Source: Candidatus Saccharimonadia bacterium
GTDB taxonomy: Bacteria > Patescibacteriota > Saccharimonadia > CAILAD01 > CAZGYV01
Reading direction: 5' to 3'
DNA: 64,000 nt
NCBI GenBank assembly: GCA_041906885.1
Contig: JAYRII010000014.1
Span: forward strand, 74,059-138,058
Of this stretch, positions 41,483-50,644 are shown piece by piece. The translations under genes were made by a program, and so were the position numbers. Every line of letters starts with the position of its first letter. Positions within the stretch are counted from its first letter, which is position 1. The notes under the pieces were generated by a model that did no database searches, was not told where the DNA came from, and saw nothing but the letters and a program-made list of their open reading frames with translations.

Positions 41483-42684
41483 AGCAAGAATGGGAAATAA
41501 AGAAGTTAGGCGAAGTATGTAAAGTGATTGCAGGACAATCACCAGAAGGGAAATTTTATAATTCCGAAGGAAATGGAATGCCATTTTATCAAGGCAAAAA
41601 AGAATATGGTGAAAAATACATAGGAGAACCTACTACTTGGACAACTAAAATTACAAAGGAGGCAGAAGAAGGCGATGTCCTAATATCCGTTAGAGCACCT
41701 GTTGGACCTGTAAATTTTGCAACTCAAAAAATTTGCATTGGTCGTGGACTTGCTGCGATTCGTGTAGGGAAAAATATTGACAAGGAATTTCTTTATAATT
41801 TTTTAATAAAACACGAGAACGAAATTGAAGGAAATACAGGTGCAGTTTTCAATTCCATAAATAAAACACAAATTGAAAGTATTGAAATTCCCTTGCCGTC
41901 GCTTGAGGAGCAACGGCGGATTGTGGGGGTTTTGGATGAGGCTTTTTTGGCTATTGATAAGGCGAGAGCCAATGCAGAGCAGAACCTGCGCAGTGCCAAA
42001 GAACTTTTTGAAAGCTACCTACAAGAAATATTTGAAAATAAATCCCCCGACTGGGAAGAAAAGAAACTCGGCGAAATAATGGAAATTAAACCATCAAAAA
42101 GGGAAGCAAAAGAAAAATTGAGTGATAATGATTTAGTTTCTTTTCTTCCTATGGAGGATTTAGGTGTTTGTGCAAATGAAATTAAACCAGAAAAAGAGAA
42201 ACCATTAAAAGATGTGTCAGGTAGCTATACTTATTTTGCAGACAACGATGTCCTGCTTGCTAAAATCACTCCTTGTTTTGAAAATGGAAAACTTGGCATT
42301 GCAAAAAAATTGAAAAATGGGATTGGCTTTGGTTCTAGTGAATACATTGTATTTAGAAGTCCAGAAAATATTGCCCCAGAATTTCTTTACTACTTCTTAT
42401 CAAGAAAGAGTTTGAGAGAAGAAGGTAAGAAATATATGAGTGGTGCTGTTGGTCATAAACGAGTTTCAAAGGATTGGATAGCAAACTATCTATTCTCATT
42501 TCCTCAATCAAAAGAAGCCCAACAAACCATCGTACGCCAGTTAGATACCATGCGAGCTAAAACCCAAAAACTAGAAGAAATGTATCAAAAAAAGATTGAT
42601 GATTTGGACGAGCTTAAAAAATCCATTTTGCAAAAAGCCTTTGCTGGCGAGCTGACAACTTTTAAAGAAAAGGTGCCAGCATGA
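41479..42684 (+). CDS. hsdS: Type I R-M specificity subunit S (two TRDs)
   Basis: WEIKKLGE, IPLPSLEEQRRIV, WEEKKLGE, LKKSILQKAFAGEL. Confidence 0.95.
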   Translation: MKQEWEIKKLGEVCKVIAGQSPEGKFYNSEGNGMPFYQGKKEYGEKYIGEPTTWTTKITKEAEEGDVLISVRAPVGPVNFATQKICIGRGLAAIRVGKNIDKEFLYNFLIKHENEIEGNTGAVFNSINKTQIESIEIPLPSLEEQRRIVGVLDEAFLAIDKARANAEQNLRSAKELFESYLQEIFENKSPDWEEKKLGEIMEIKPSKREAKEKLSDNDLVSFLPMEDLGVCANEIKPEKEKPLKDVSGSYTYFADNDVLLAKITPCFENGKLGIAKKLKNGIGFGSSEYIVFRSPENIAPEFLYYFLSRKSLREEGKKYMSGAVGHKRVSKDWIANYLFSFPQSKEAQQTIVRQLDTMRAKTQKLEEMYQKKIDDLDELKKSILQKAFAGELTTFKEKVPA

Positions 42685-44996
42685 ACGAAGCCGAAACCAG
42701 AGCCGAACTAATAGACCCGATACTGCGTGAGGCTGGCTGGGGCGTAATAGAGGGCTCAAAAGTTTTGCGTGAACATCACATCACCAAAGGGCGGATCATG
42801 ACTGGTGGTATGCGCGCCAAGCCAGAGATTGCCGACTATGTGCTGGTGTACAACAATCAAAAAATTGCGGTGATAGAAGCCAAAAAAGCCGATGAATATT
42901 ACACCGAAGGTCTAGCCCAAGCTAAAGCCTACGCCCAGACGCTCCACATAGAAAACACTTACTGCACCAACGGCAAGCAGATTTATCACGCCAATATGGC
43001 AACTGGGCACGAGCAAGATGTAGACAGATACCCAACACCGCAGGAGTTATGGCAGATGGTCAGTGGCGGGCAAAACGATTGGCACGCCAAGTTTAACGCT
43101 ATTTCGCCAGCTGGTAGTTATGACTTGCGCTATTACCAAGAAATCGCTGTCGGCAAGGCGCTAGACGCCATAGCTAGTAGCAAATCCCGAATACTTCTGA
43201 CATTGGCGACTGGCACGGGCAAAACCGCCATAGCTTTTCAGATAGCTTGGAAGCTGTTTCATGCGCGCTGGAATATCAGCCGAGACGGCGGTAGGCGACC
43301 GAGGATTTTATTCCTAGCCGACCGCAACATTTTGGCCGACCAAGCCTTCAACGCCTTTAGCGCCTTTGACGAGAACGCACTGGTGCGGATCAGTCCGTTA
43401 GATATTCGTAAGCGTGGCTCAGTGCCGACTAATGGCAGTATATTTTTTACTATTTTCCAAACATTTATGAGTGGTCCAAACGATACGCCGTATTTTGGTG
43501 ATTATCCGCCCGACTTTTTTGACCTAGTGATAATAGATGAGTGCCATCGGGGCGGAGCGAATGACGAAAGTAACTGGCGAGCTATAATGGAGCATTTTTC
43601 GTCGGCGGTGCAGATTGGCCTGACGGCTACACCAAAACGCAAGGACAACATAGACACCTATCGGTATTTTGGTGAGCCACTGTATGAATACTCTCTAAAA
43701 CAGGGCATAAATGACGGCTTTTTGACACCGTTTAAGGTACGAAAGTTTGAAACTACTTTGGACGAATACACCTACGACCCAGACGATGATGTCGTGGAGG
43801 GCGAAATAGAGGCTGGGCGGAAATATACCGAAGATGACTTTAATAGGACGATAATCATCAAGGAGCGAGAGCTCAAGCGCGTAAAACTTTTTATGGACGA
43901 GATAGACCAAAACGAAAAGACTTTGGTTTTTTGCGCCAACCAAGCCCATGCCCTATTAGTGCGCGACCTCATCAACCGTGTTAAGACTAGCCAAAACCCT
44001 AGCTACTGCGTGAGAGTGACAGCCGATGACGGCGAACGGGGCGAGCAGTTCCTGCGAGAATTTCAGGATAATGAAAAGTTGATCCCGACTATTCTCACGA
44101 CATCGCAAAAGCTTTCTACAGGTGTAGATGCCCGTAATGTGCGTAATATCGTGCTGATGCGCCCGATTAATTCGCAGATTGAATTCAAGCAAATCCTCGG
44201 GCGAGGGACAAGGCTGTATGATAATAAAGAATATTTTACGATTTATGATTTTGTAAATGCCAGCGAACGGTTTAAAGACGATGACTGGGACGGCCCGCCA
44301 ATAGACACGACAACTGAGCCTAAGCCTACGCCACCGCCAAAGCCACCAGAACCACCCAAGCCATGTGATGTCTGTGGGCAGTATCCGTGCGAATGTGTGC
44401 AGGATCCACCAAAGGCAAAGATTCGGATAAAGCTAAGAGACGGTAAAGAACGAGCAATTTTGCATTCATCAGAAACTTTCTTCTATGATGCCAATGGCGT
44501 GCCGATTAGTGTACAGCAATTTATAGAGAATCTGTACGGAGTAATGCCCAATTTGTTTAGAAACGAGGCAGAGCTACGAGAAATATGGGCTAATCCAACA
44601 ACGCGAAAAGCGCTTTTGGCTAGATTATCGGAACTTGGCTATGGTATTGCCGAACTTGAAGCACTACAGAAGATTGTAGATGCCCAAGATAGCGATATCT
44701 TTGATGTGCTGGCCTATATTTCTTTCACAGTACCGCCTGTTAGTCGTGTAGAGCGAGTGGATCGTACAAAGAATGAGCTTTATCAGGGGTTAAACGAGCG
44801 GGAAGTTGAATTCTTGGGCTTTGTGTTAAGCAAATATGAAATGAGAGGCTCTGATGAAATCTCTGAGGAAAGACTGCCAACACTATTAAGTCTCAAATAT
44901 CGTTCTATCGATGACGCGATACAGCAACTTGGTGGCGCTCAAAGAATCCGTGAACACTTCTTTGCTTTTCAAAAAGTCTTGTTTACGAAAGCTTGA
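42681..44996 (+). CDS. hsdR: Type I restriction endonuclease subunit R (EcoEI-like)
   Basis: MNEAETRAELID, IEAK, ATGTGKT, DECHRG, LTATP, QILGRGTR. Confidence 0.95.
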   Translation: MNEAETRAELIDPILREAGWGVIEGSKVLREHHITKGRIMTGGMRAKPEIADYVLVYNNQKIAVIEAKKADEYYTEGLAQAKAYAQTLHIENTYCTNGKQIYHANMATGHEQDVDRYPTPQELWQMVSGGQNDWHAKFNAISPAGSYDLRYYQEIAVGKALDAIASSKSRILLTLATGTGKTAIAFQIAWKLFHARWNISRDGGRRPRILFLADRNILADQAFNAFSAFDENALVRISPLDIRKRGSVPTNGSIFFTIFQTFMSGPNDTPYFGDYPPDFFDLVIIDECHRGGANDESNWRAIMEHFSSAVQIGLTATPKRKDNIDTYRYFGEPLYEYSLKQGINDGFLTPFKVRKFETTLDEYTYDPDDDVVEGEIEAGRKYTEDDFNRTIIIKERELKRVKLFMDEIDQNEKTLVFCANQAHALLVRDLINRVKTSQNPSYCVRVTADDGERGEQFLREFQDNEKLIPTILTTSQKLSTGVDARNVRNIVLMRPINSQIEFKQILGRGTRLYDNKEYFTIYDFVNASERFKDDDWDGPPIDTTTEPKPTPPPKPPEPPKPCDVCGQYPCECVQDPPKAKIRIKLRDGKERAILHSSETFFYDANGVPISVQQFIENLYGVMPNLFRNEAELREIWANPTTRKALLARLSELGYGIAELEALQKIVDAQDSDIFDVLAYISFTVPPVSRVERVDRTKNELYQGLNEREVEFLGFVLSKYEMRGSDEISEERLPTLLSLKYRSIDDAIQQLGGAQRIREHFFAFQKVLFTKA

Positions 44997-45004
44997 GGGT
45001 GAAT

Positions 45005-45103
45005 ATGCAACCAATGAACCGCCAACAACTCCAAAACCTCTCTCGTCTCCGCGACTGGCTCATCCCCATGCTCATGAACGGCCATGTGAGGATAGAAGAG
45101 TGA
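45005..45103 (+). pseudogene. C-terminal relic of a second hsdS
   Basis: Manual translation ...NRQQLQNLSRLRDWLIPMLMNGHVRIEE* matches the conserved HsdS tail LRDWLLPMLMNGQV. Confidence 0.8.
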
Positions 45104-45185
45104 GGCAATAATTAATTGACTTGTCACCCCTGTAATTGATACAAAAACTATTGATTTTTCAGCCCGACTGTGCTAATATAAAAGA

Positions 45186-45240
45186 GTATACCGATACGGG
45201 CTGTCCGGCAGGAGCAATACCTAAGGAGATCCCGTTTTTT
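45186..45240 (+). ncRNA. Putative small hairpin RNA convergent with the NYN gene
   Basis: TTGATT(45151)-N17-TAATAT(45174) with extended TG; no ORF follows; ACGGG/CCCGT-closed hairpin followed by a T-tract. Confidence 0.5.
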
Positions 45241-45748
45241 ATTTCTTCTTTTTTCTGTAGGCTATCTTATTTTTGACACTATCTGTGTCTAAAAAGTCAT
45301 AATACGAGTTGTCTAGGTTGTTGCGATATAGTGACGACATAGATTTTCTATTTGGCGCTAGCAACTTCTTGAACTTATCTTTACTCGCCAAATATTTCAC
45401 CATTTTGTAATAATCACCATCGCCAGATACTAGAACTACTTTGTCGAACTTTTCTTTTTCGGCTATTTTCTCCATGACGTGGAATACGATATCGGTGTCG
45501 ACATTGCCTTTCTTTTTGCCAATCATACTCTGGCTGTGTTCACGAAAGGTCAGTATAAAGCCAGCTTTTTGGATGTTCTCGTATAACTTTTGCTGGTCGT
45601 CATCGACCGCACCGAGGAAGTAGTAGGCGGTATCTACCTGGTATTTCTCGCGCAGATAGACACGAAAACGAGCCAAATCAACACCCCAGCCAAAAGATTT
45701 GGTATTCATGTGTAGATTCTGCCCATCTATAAATGCCTGGTTTGCCAT
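45239..45748 (-). CDS. NYN (LabA/DUF88) PIN-like ribonuclease
   Basis: FIDGQNL, KGNVDTDI, VSGDGDY. Confidence 0.92.
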   Translation of the reverse strand: MANQAFIDGQNLHMNTKSFGWGVDLARFRVYLREKYQVDTAYYFLGAVDDDQQKLYENIQKAGFILTFREHSQSMIGKKKGNVDTDIVFHVMEKIAEKEKFDKVVLVSGDGDYYKMVKYLASKDKFKKLLAPNRKSMSSLYRNNLDNSYYDFLDTDSVKNKIAYRKKKK

Positions 45749-45996
45749 AGCTGTATTATAGCATTACGGCAGAACTCTAAATGCCCCACCCCTTTTCGGG
45801 TGAGTTGAGCTAAGGCGTGGCTAATCAATAAAAGTACGAAATATGCCTGATGGTCGGACAAGTGAACGTAGAGCAATTATAAGTAATCTCCAAAAGATTG
45901 CTCTGCCGTAAGTATCATCCCAATCCCTGCGAAATTGCCGACTGAAACTCGTATACATACTGTGAATTATTTATTCAAAGAGTGTATAATCTAGTT

Positions 45997-46245
45997 ATGG
46001 GCGACGACCAATTCACTAAACTATTTAAATACATGACGGAGCGGTTTGATTCGCTTGATCAAAAACTAGACCGCAAGGCTGATAAAGCTGATGTTGAGCG
46101 TCTTATAAATACTATGGATGATTTTATTCGTCGCATCACCGTTAATGAGACGGAGCAGGCTGCTCGTGACGCACAATTTGCTCGGCTCGTTGAATGGGCG
46201 CACGAAGTTTCTGAGAAAACTGGCATACCACTTCCTAATCTGTAA
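45997..46245 (+). CDS. Small coiled-coil protein (paralog 2)
   Basis: FTKLFKYM, RKADKADV, EQAARDAQFARLVEWAHEVSEKTGIPL; TATAAT just upstream of the ATG. Confidence 0.85.
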   Translation: MGDDQFTKLFKYMTERFDSLDQKLDRKADKADVERLINTMDDFIRRITVNETEQAARDAQFARLVEWAHEVSEKTGIPLPNL

Positions 46246-46307
46246 ACTATTGGTTCTGTATTGTGGCAGTTTTAAAATTTGCCTCAGAATAGCAAGTTGA
46301 TGACCTG

Positions 46308-46661
46308 ATGGGTGGTGACGAAAAGCTACGCAGTAAACGTGAGCTGATAGAGCGATTTATTAACAGCTATTTGCCAAAAATTACCGATGGTGAGCAAGTT
46401 GATGGTGAATTCCAAAAATACTGGAGCGATGAGGAGCGAAAGGCGATCGAAAAATTTGCGGGTAAGGAAAACCTGGATGTATCGCGGCTCGAAAAGCTGA
46501 TAGCTAACTACTCATATAGCGGACGCAAACCACGCCAAGACGACTACGCCAAAGCCTTTAGTGATGGCTACAAACTCGGCATCCGCGAGCGAAGTACCAC
46601 GCTAGACCGCATCGCTGACAAATTTACCAAGTTTATCATTGTATTTGTTGATGATGTGTAG
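46308..46661 (+). pseudogene. C-terminal relic of a second Type I HsdR (EcoR124-like)
   Basis: LRSKRELIERFI...YW..E..KA...ENLD...Y.YSGRKP pattern; helicase core absent. Confidence 0.72.
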
Positions 46662-46779
46662 CAAATGGCGCGCGAGCAAGCCCAAAACCTCGCCACTCTC
46701 ATCAACCTGGCCAAGAAAAGCTGTGCAAGTGGGAGTAAAGACAAAGATTTATAAATGAGATGATTTTGCTCTGAGCGAG

Positions 46780-47979
46780 CTACCGCCCTTGGATTTCGTC
46801 GAGCATTTTGGCGCGTGTGACGATGATGGCGGGGATGAGGCCGGAGATGACTGCTACCCAGCTGACGATTTCGAGCCGTTTGACAAATTCTGGCCAAGTC
46901 AAAATCAGTTTGGCGTCGGTGATGGGTAGGGCGAAGGGGTGGATATTGAAGTAGGGCACGAGGATGGCGAAGTAAATCAAGCTGCCGAGCATGATGCCGA
47001 GGGTGGCATAAATGGCCGCTAAGATAACGTAATTGCAAACTATAATGTAGGGCTTGATGCCAATAGCGCGCAAGATGCCGATCTGGCGGCGGCGATTGAC
47101 GATGTCGACGTAAATGACGATAAAGACGGTCACCGCGGCGATGATGACACCAACCATGGTCATCAGTATATCGATGCTAGCAAAGCTGCTGCTGACTGAT
47201 TTCATCAGGCCGGCGGCTTCCTTCCACAAAAAAGTGTCGGCATCGGGGTGGAGCGAGCTAACAGCGGACAGGACTTTGGTCTCGTCGGCGTCACTGGTGC
47301 GGATATTGACCACGGTGGCTTTGTTTGTGGAGGCGGGCATGATTTTATTTAAGGCTTTTTCGGTGATAAACGCTCGGGCGTCTGACTCAATAAACTTAGT
47401 GTAGAAAATGCCTCGTACGGTAAATATTTGCTCAAATCCATCAAAAGCGACAGTGACTTTATCACCAACTGTGGCGCCTTTGAGCGAGGTCGAGTTCATC
47501 TCCACGCCATCACCGCCAGCGATTTGCCGCCCCAGGATAATGCCATCGCTGTCGTCTGGGCGTAGGTATTCGCCAGCCATCATCTTGTCTTTGATCTTAA
47601 AGACGTTGGCGTAATCCTCGGGGTTGATGGCAATGACTGGCCAACGGCCGGTACGGGCGTCTTTTTCGATCCGAGCTGGGATCATAAAGCCAGCGCTGGC
47701 TGCCTGGACACCCTCGGTCTGGCGGACTTTGTCGAGCAACTGGCTAGGCTGACTCAAAAAATCGACACCTTGCTTGGGCACCATGTAGACATTACCAGTC
47801 AAAGTGTCGATAATCTGACGATTACTACCCTCGACGATACCATTGAAAAGAGCCGTGATAAAAATCAGGTTGATAAAGGCCACTGCCATCAAAAGCACAG
47901 TCAGAAAGAATGTCCATTTGCGGCCGCGTCGGATGGATTGGAAGGCTAGATAAAATGGTAATTTGAGCTCATTTTTCAT
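46780..47979 (-). CDS. ABC transporter permease, MacB/FtsX family
   Basis: N-terminal TM, large extracytoplasmic domain, RRRQIGILRAIG. Confidence 0.9.
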   Translation of the reverse strand: MKNELKLPFYLAFQSIRRGRKWTFFLTVLLMAVAFINLIFITALFNGIVEGSNRQIIDTLTGNVYMVPKQGVDFLSQPSQLLDKVRQTEGVQAASAGFMIPARIEKDARTGRWPVIAINPEDYANVFKIKDKMMAGEYLRPDDSDGIILGRQIAGGDGVEMNSTSLKGATVGDKVTVAFDGFEQIFTVRGIFYTKFIESDARAFITEKALNKIMPASTNKATVVNIRTSDADETKVLSAVSSLHPDADTFLWKEAAGLMKSVSSSFASIDILMTMVGVIIAAVTVFIVIYVDIVNRRRQIGILRAIGIKPYIIVCNYVILAAIYATLGIMLGSLIYFAILVPYFNIHPFALPITDAKLILTWPEFVKRLEIVSWVAVISGLIPAIIVTRAKMLDEIQGR

Positions 47980-48649
47980 CGAGTTTGCCATCTTTTATAT
48001 TGATGATACGACTGGCGTAGCTGAGTTCTTCCGGTTCGTGAGTGACCATGACGATGGTGATTTGCTCGTCACGGTTGAGCTTTTTGAAGATTTCCAAAAC
48101 TTCGACTGAAGCAACGCTATCGAGATTGGCTGTCGGCTCGTCGGCAAAGATAATCTTGGGTGAGTTGACCAGTGCGCGAGCGATTGCCACACGTTGCTGC
48201 TCGCCGCCAGAGAGCTGGGTCGGCAGACGTTTTTGTTTTTTTTCGAGCCGGACTTTTTTTAGTAAAGCTGCAGCCTTGTGGCGGGCGGCTTTGCGACTTG
48301 TCAGCATCATGGCCGGCAGCATGACATTTTCGAGCGCCGTTAGCTCGGCTATTAGCGCGTATTCTTGAAATATATAACCCAGCTCCCGTAAACGTAAGCT
48401 CGTTTTGGCCTTTTGAGTCGAGTGCGTCGTGTCGTGACTATGGATAAATATCTGACCTTGAGTCGGCTCATCCAAAAGCGCCATGACGTGCATCAGAGTT
48501 GATTTGCCCGAGCCATTGCGCCCAGTGATCATCAAAAACTCAGCTGATTTTATATCTAAGCTGATGCCATTGACAGCACGAGTGACATTGTCGCCTGCGC
48601 CATAATCTTTGACCAGATTTTTGATTGTAACGGCTGGTGTTTGAGTCAT
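47969..48649 (-). CDS. ABC transporter ATP-binding protein, LolD/MacB family
   Basis: GRNGSGKST, LSGGEQQRVAIARAL, ADEPTANLD. Confidence 0.95.
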   Translation of the reverse strand: MTQTPAVTIKNLVKDYGAGDNVTRAVNGISLDIKSAEFLMITGRNGSGKSTLMHVMALLDEPTQGQIFIHSHDTTHSTQKAKTSLRLRELGYIFQEYALIAELTALENVMLPAMMLTSRKAARHKAAALLKKVRLEKKQKRLPTQLSGGEQQRVAIARALVNSPKIIFADEPTANLDSVASVEVLEIFKKLNRDEQITIVMVTHEPEELSYASRIINIKDGKLDEK

Positions 48650-48738
48650 ACCCAAGCTATTTTAGCGGAAAATAGTAGCTACGTCTTGCGGTATGTCAGT
48701 AGTATTGTCAACTTAAGCATTAGCGGTATAATTACATT

Positions 48739-50223
48739 ATGGAAAAAAATAACAATCAATCAGAACTATCAAATGAGTCTAATGTTAAACCAGAAGAAAA
48801 TATTGGGCAAACCAAGAAGCTAAAAGCTAATAAGCTCAGCCTGATTATCGGAGGAGCCATTGCAGTGGCGTTAATTTTGGGTGTTGGTGCTTATGCCTTC
48901 ATGCGCCACGAAAATAAGCCAAAAGAAACGGCCGATCATGACGAAACTAAAACTAGCAAGGTCAGTGCCGATGGTCTAGTCGATGGCTATCCACTCGAGT
49001 GCGTGCCGCGTGGACATGACAATTACCGCACCAACAACACCTTAGCTGTCGATCCGTCTGATGCTAATACGATATATGTTGGCGTCGAGTACAAAGGTGT
49101 TTATAAATCGACCGATGGGGGTGCGACCTGGATTAAGAGCGATAAAGGCATTCGTGGCTACCCAATGCAAGCCGATAAGAGTAAAAAATGTGTTCAAGAG
49201 CTTGGCCGTACCGTAATCGATCCTAAAGACAACAAGCACATTCTTGTCACTCGGGTCGAATCGCCGGGCGACTTGAGTACTAAGTTTAGTGAGAACGCTG
49301 GTGTCTGGGAGAGTAAAGATGCTGGTGCTACCTGGACACAAATGGTCAAAGACGGCATGAATGCTAGTGGCTCGCGGGCGATTGCTTTTGACCCCAAAGA
49401 TTCGAATGTTATCTATCACGGTACAAATAATATGAAGCCATCGTTTAGCGGTGATAATGGGCAGAAGCTAGATAAGTATTTTAATAAAGACGGTATCTTG
49501 TACCAAACTAAAGATGGTGGCAAAACCTGGAGTGAACTGCCAACTGGTGCAACACCTGGTCTGCGAGCACTGAACGTCGGGGTAGATAATAGTGACAGCA
49601 ATAAGCTTTGGCTTTTTAGCTTCACGGCTTCCGAGCAAGGAGGTGTCGAGCCAGAGGATAAGCAAAAAGCTGTGCTAACTTCTGTAGATGGTGGTAAAAC
49701 TTGGGCTTCTCTAGCTGACAAGTTGCCTACCGGGTACCGTACCCTACTAGACGGATCATTATCTCCAAAAAATGGTCAAATTGCTTTAGCGATCAGTCAG
49801 ACCCGAGAGGGTAGTCCAAAGAGCTTTGTTACTGCCGATGCAGGTGCTAGCTGGAGCGCAACCAGTATGTACGTTGAGGTAGCAGATTTTGACCCTAACG
49901 ATGCTACTGGTAAGCGCATTTTGGGTTACGCACCATATGGTAGTACTCCGATGATCGCCCAGAGTATGGATGGTGGCAAAACTTGGAGCCAACTATCTAA
50001 AGTACCAGCCGAAGTTGATGGCCAACAAAATGGTGTGCGTATCTCCGGGTTTGCTTATTCTGCGTCAGATAAAAATACCATCTATATGAGTGGCTCAAAA
50101 GGCTTTGTCTGGAAATCGACTGATAGCGGCAAGACCTGGAAGGTGGTTATGAATCTCGATAAAATCGGTGGTGAGAATAAAAACGCCCAAGGCAGCACCA
50201 AGTCGAGCGAACAAGACCATTAG
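48739..50223 (+). CDS. Membrane-anchored BNR/Asp-box beta-propeller protein
   Basis: Seven SxDGGxTW-like Asp boxes and an N-terminal TM helix. Confidence 0.88.
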   Translation: MEKNNNQSELSNESNVKPEENIGQTKKLKANKLSLIIGGAIAVALILGVGAYAFMRHENKPKETADHDETKTSKVSADGLVDGYPLECVPRGHDNYRTNNTLAVDPSDANTIYVGVEYKGVYKSTDGGATWIKSDKGIRGYPMQADKSKKCVQELGRTVIDPKDNKHILVTRVESPGDLSTKFSENAGVWESKDAGATWTQMVKDGMNASGSRAIAFDPKDSNVIYHGTNNMKPSFSGDNGQKLDKYFNKDGILYQTKDGGKTWSELPTGATPGLRALNVGVDNSDSNKLWLFSFTASEQGGVEPEDKQKAVLTSVDGGKTWASLADKLPTGYRTLLDGSLSPKNGQIALAISQTREGSPKSFVTADAGASWSATSMYVEVADFDPNDATGKRILGYAPYGSTPMIAQSMDGGKTWSQLSKVPAEVDGQQNGVRISGFAYSASDKNTIYMSGSKGFVWKSTDSGKTWKVVMNLDKIGGENKNAQGSTKSSEQDH

Positions 50224-50292
50224 ATTATCTAAAGGTCTAGTGGGGAATAGCTGAACCTGGCACGGAATTGGTAAAAGGTGTACCATTAGCCT

Positions 50293-50637
50293 ATGAAGGT
50301 TAAGATAAAGCGTGTTTATGATCTAGCTGCCGATGATGGATTTCGAATCTTAGTTGATCGGCTGTGGCCACGGGGAGTCAGTAAAGAAGCGGCCAAGCTT
50401 GATCTGTGGCTCAAAGAAGTCGGCCCGTCGAACGAACTGCGCCAGTGGTTTGGCCATGACCCAGTCAAGTTTGATGAATTTGCTCGGCGCTATCGACAAG
50501 AATTGAAGGTAAATCCAGCTTATGACGAGCTCAAGGCAATTGTCAGTCAGCACGAAAAGGTGACACTAGTATATAGCGCCAAAGACGTGTCGCATAATCA
50601 AGCCGTGGTGTTACAGAGTCTGTTAGCCGAAAAGTAG
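50293..50637 (+). CDS. DUF488/YeaO-family protein
   Basis: KRVYD, RILVDRLWPRGVSK, PSNELRQWFGH, HNQAVVL. Confidence 0.92.
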   Translation: MKVKIKRVYDLAADDGFRILVDRLWPRGVSKEAAKLDLWLKEVGPSNELRQWFGHDPVKFDEFARRYRQELKVNPAYDELKAIVSQHEKVTLVYSAKDVSHNQAVVLQSLLAEK

Positions 50638-50644
50638 CTATAAT

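Noticed and set aside
28440-46700. Prophage or classical integrative element at tRNA-Asn
   Set aside because: No integrase, phage structural or conjugation genes seen; content is unrelated single genes.
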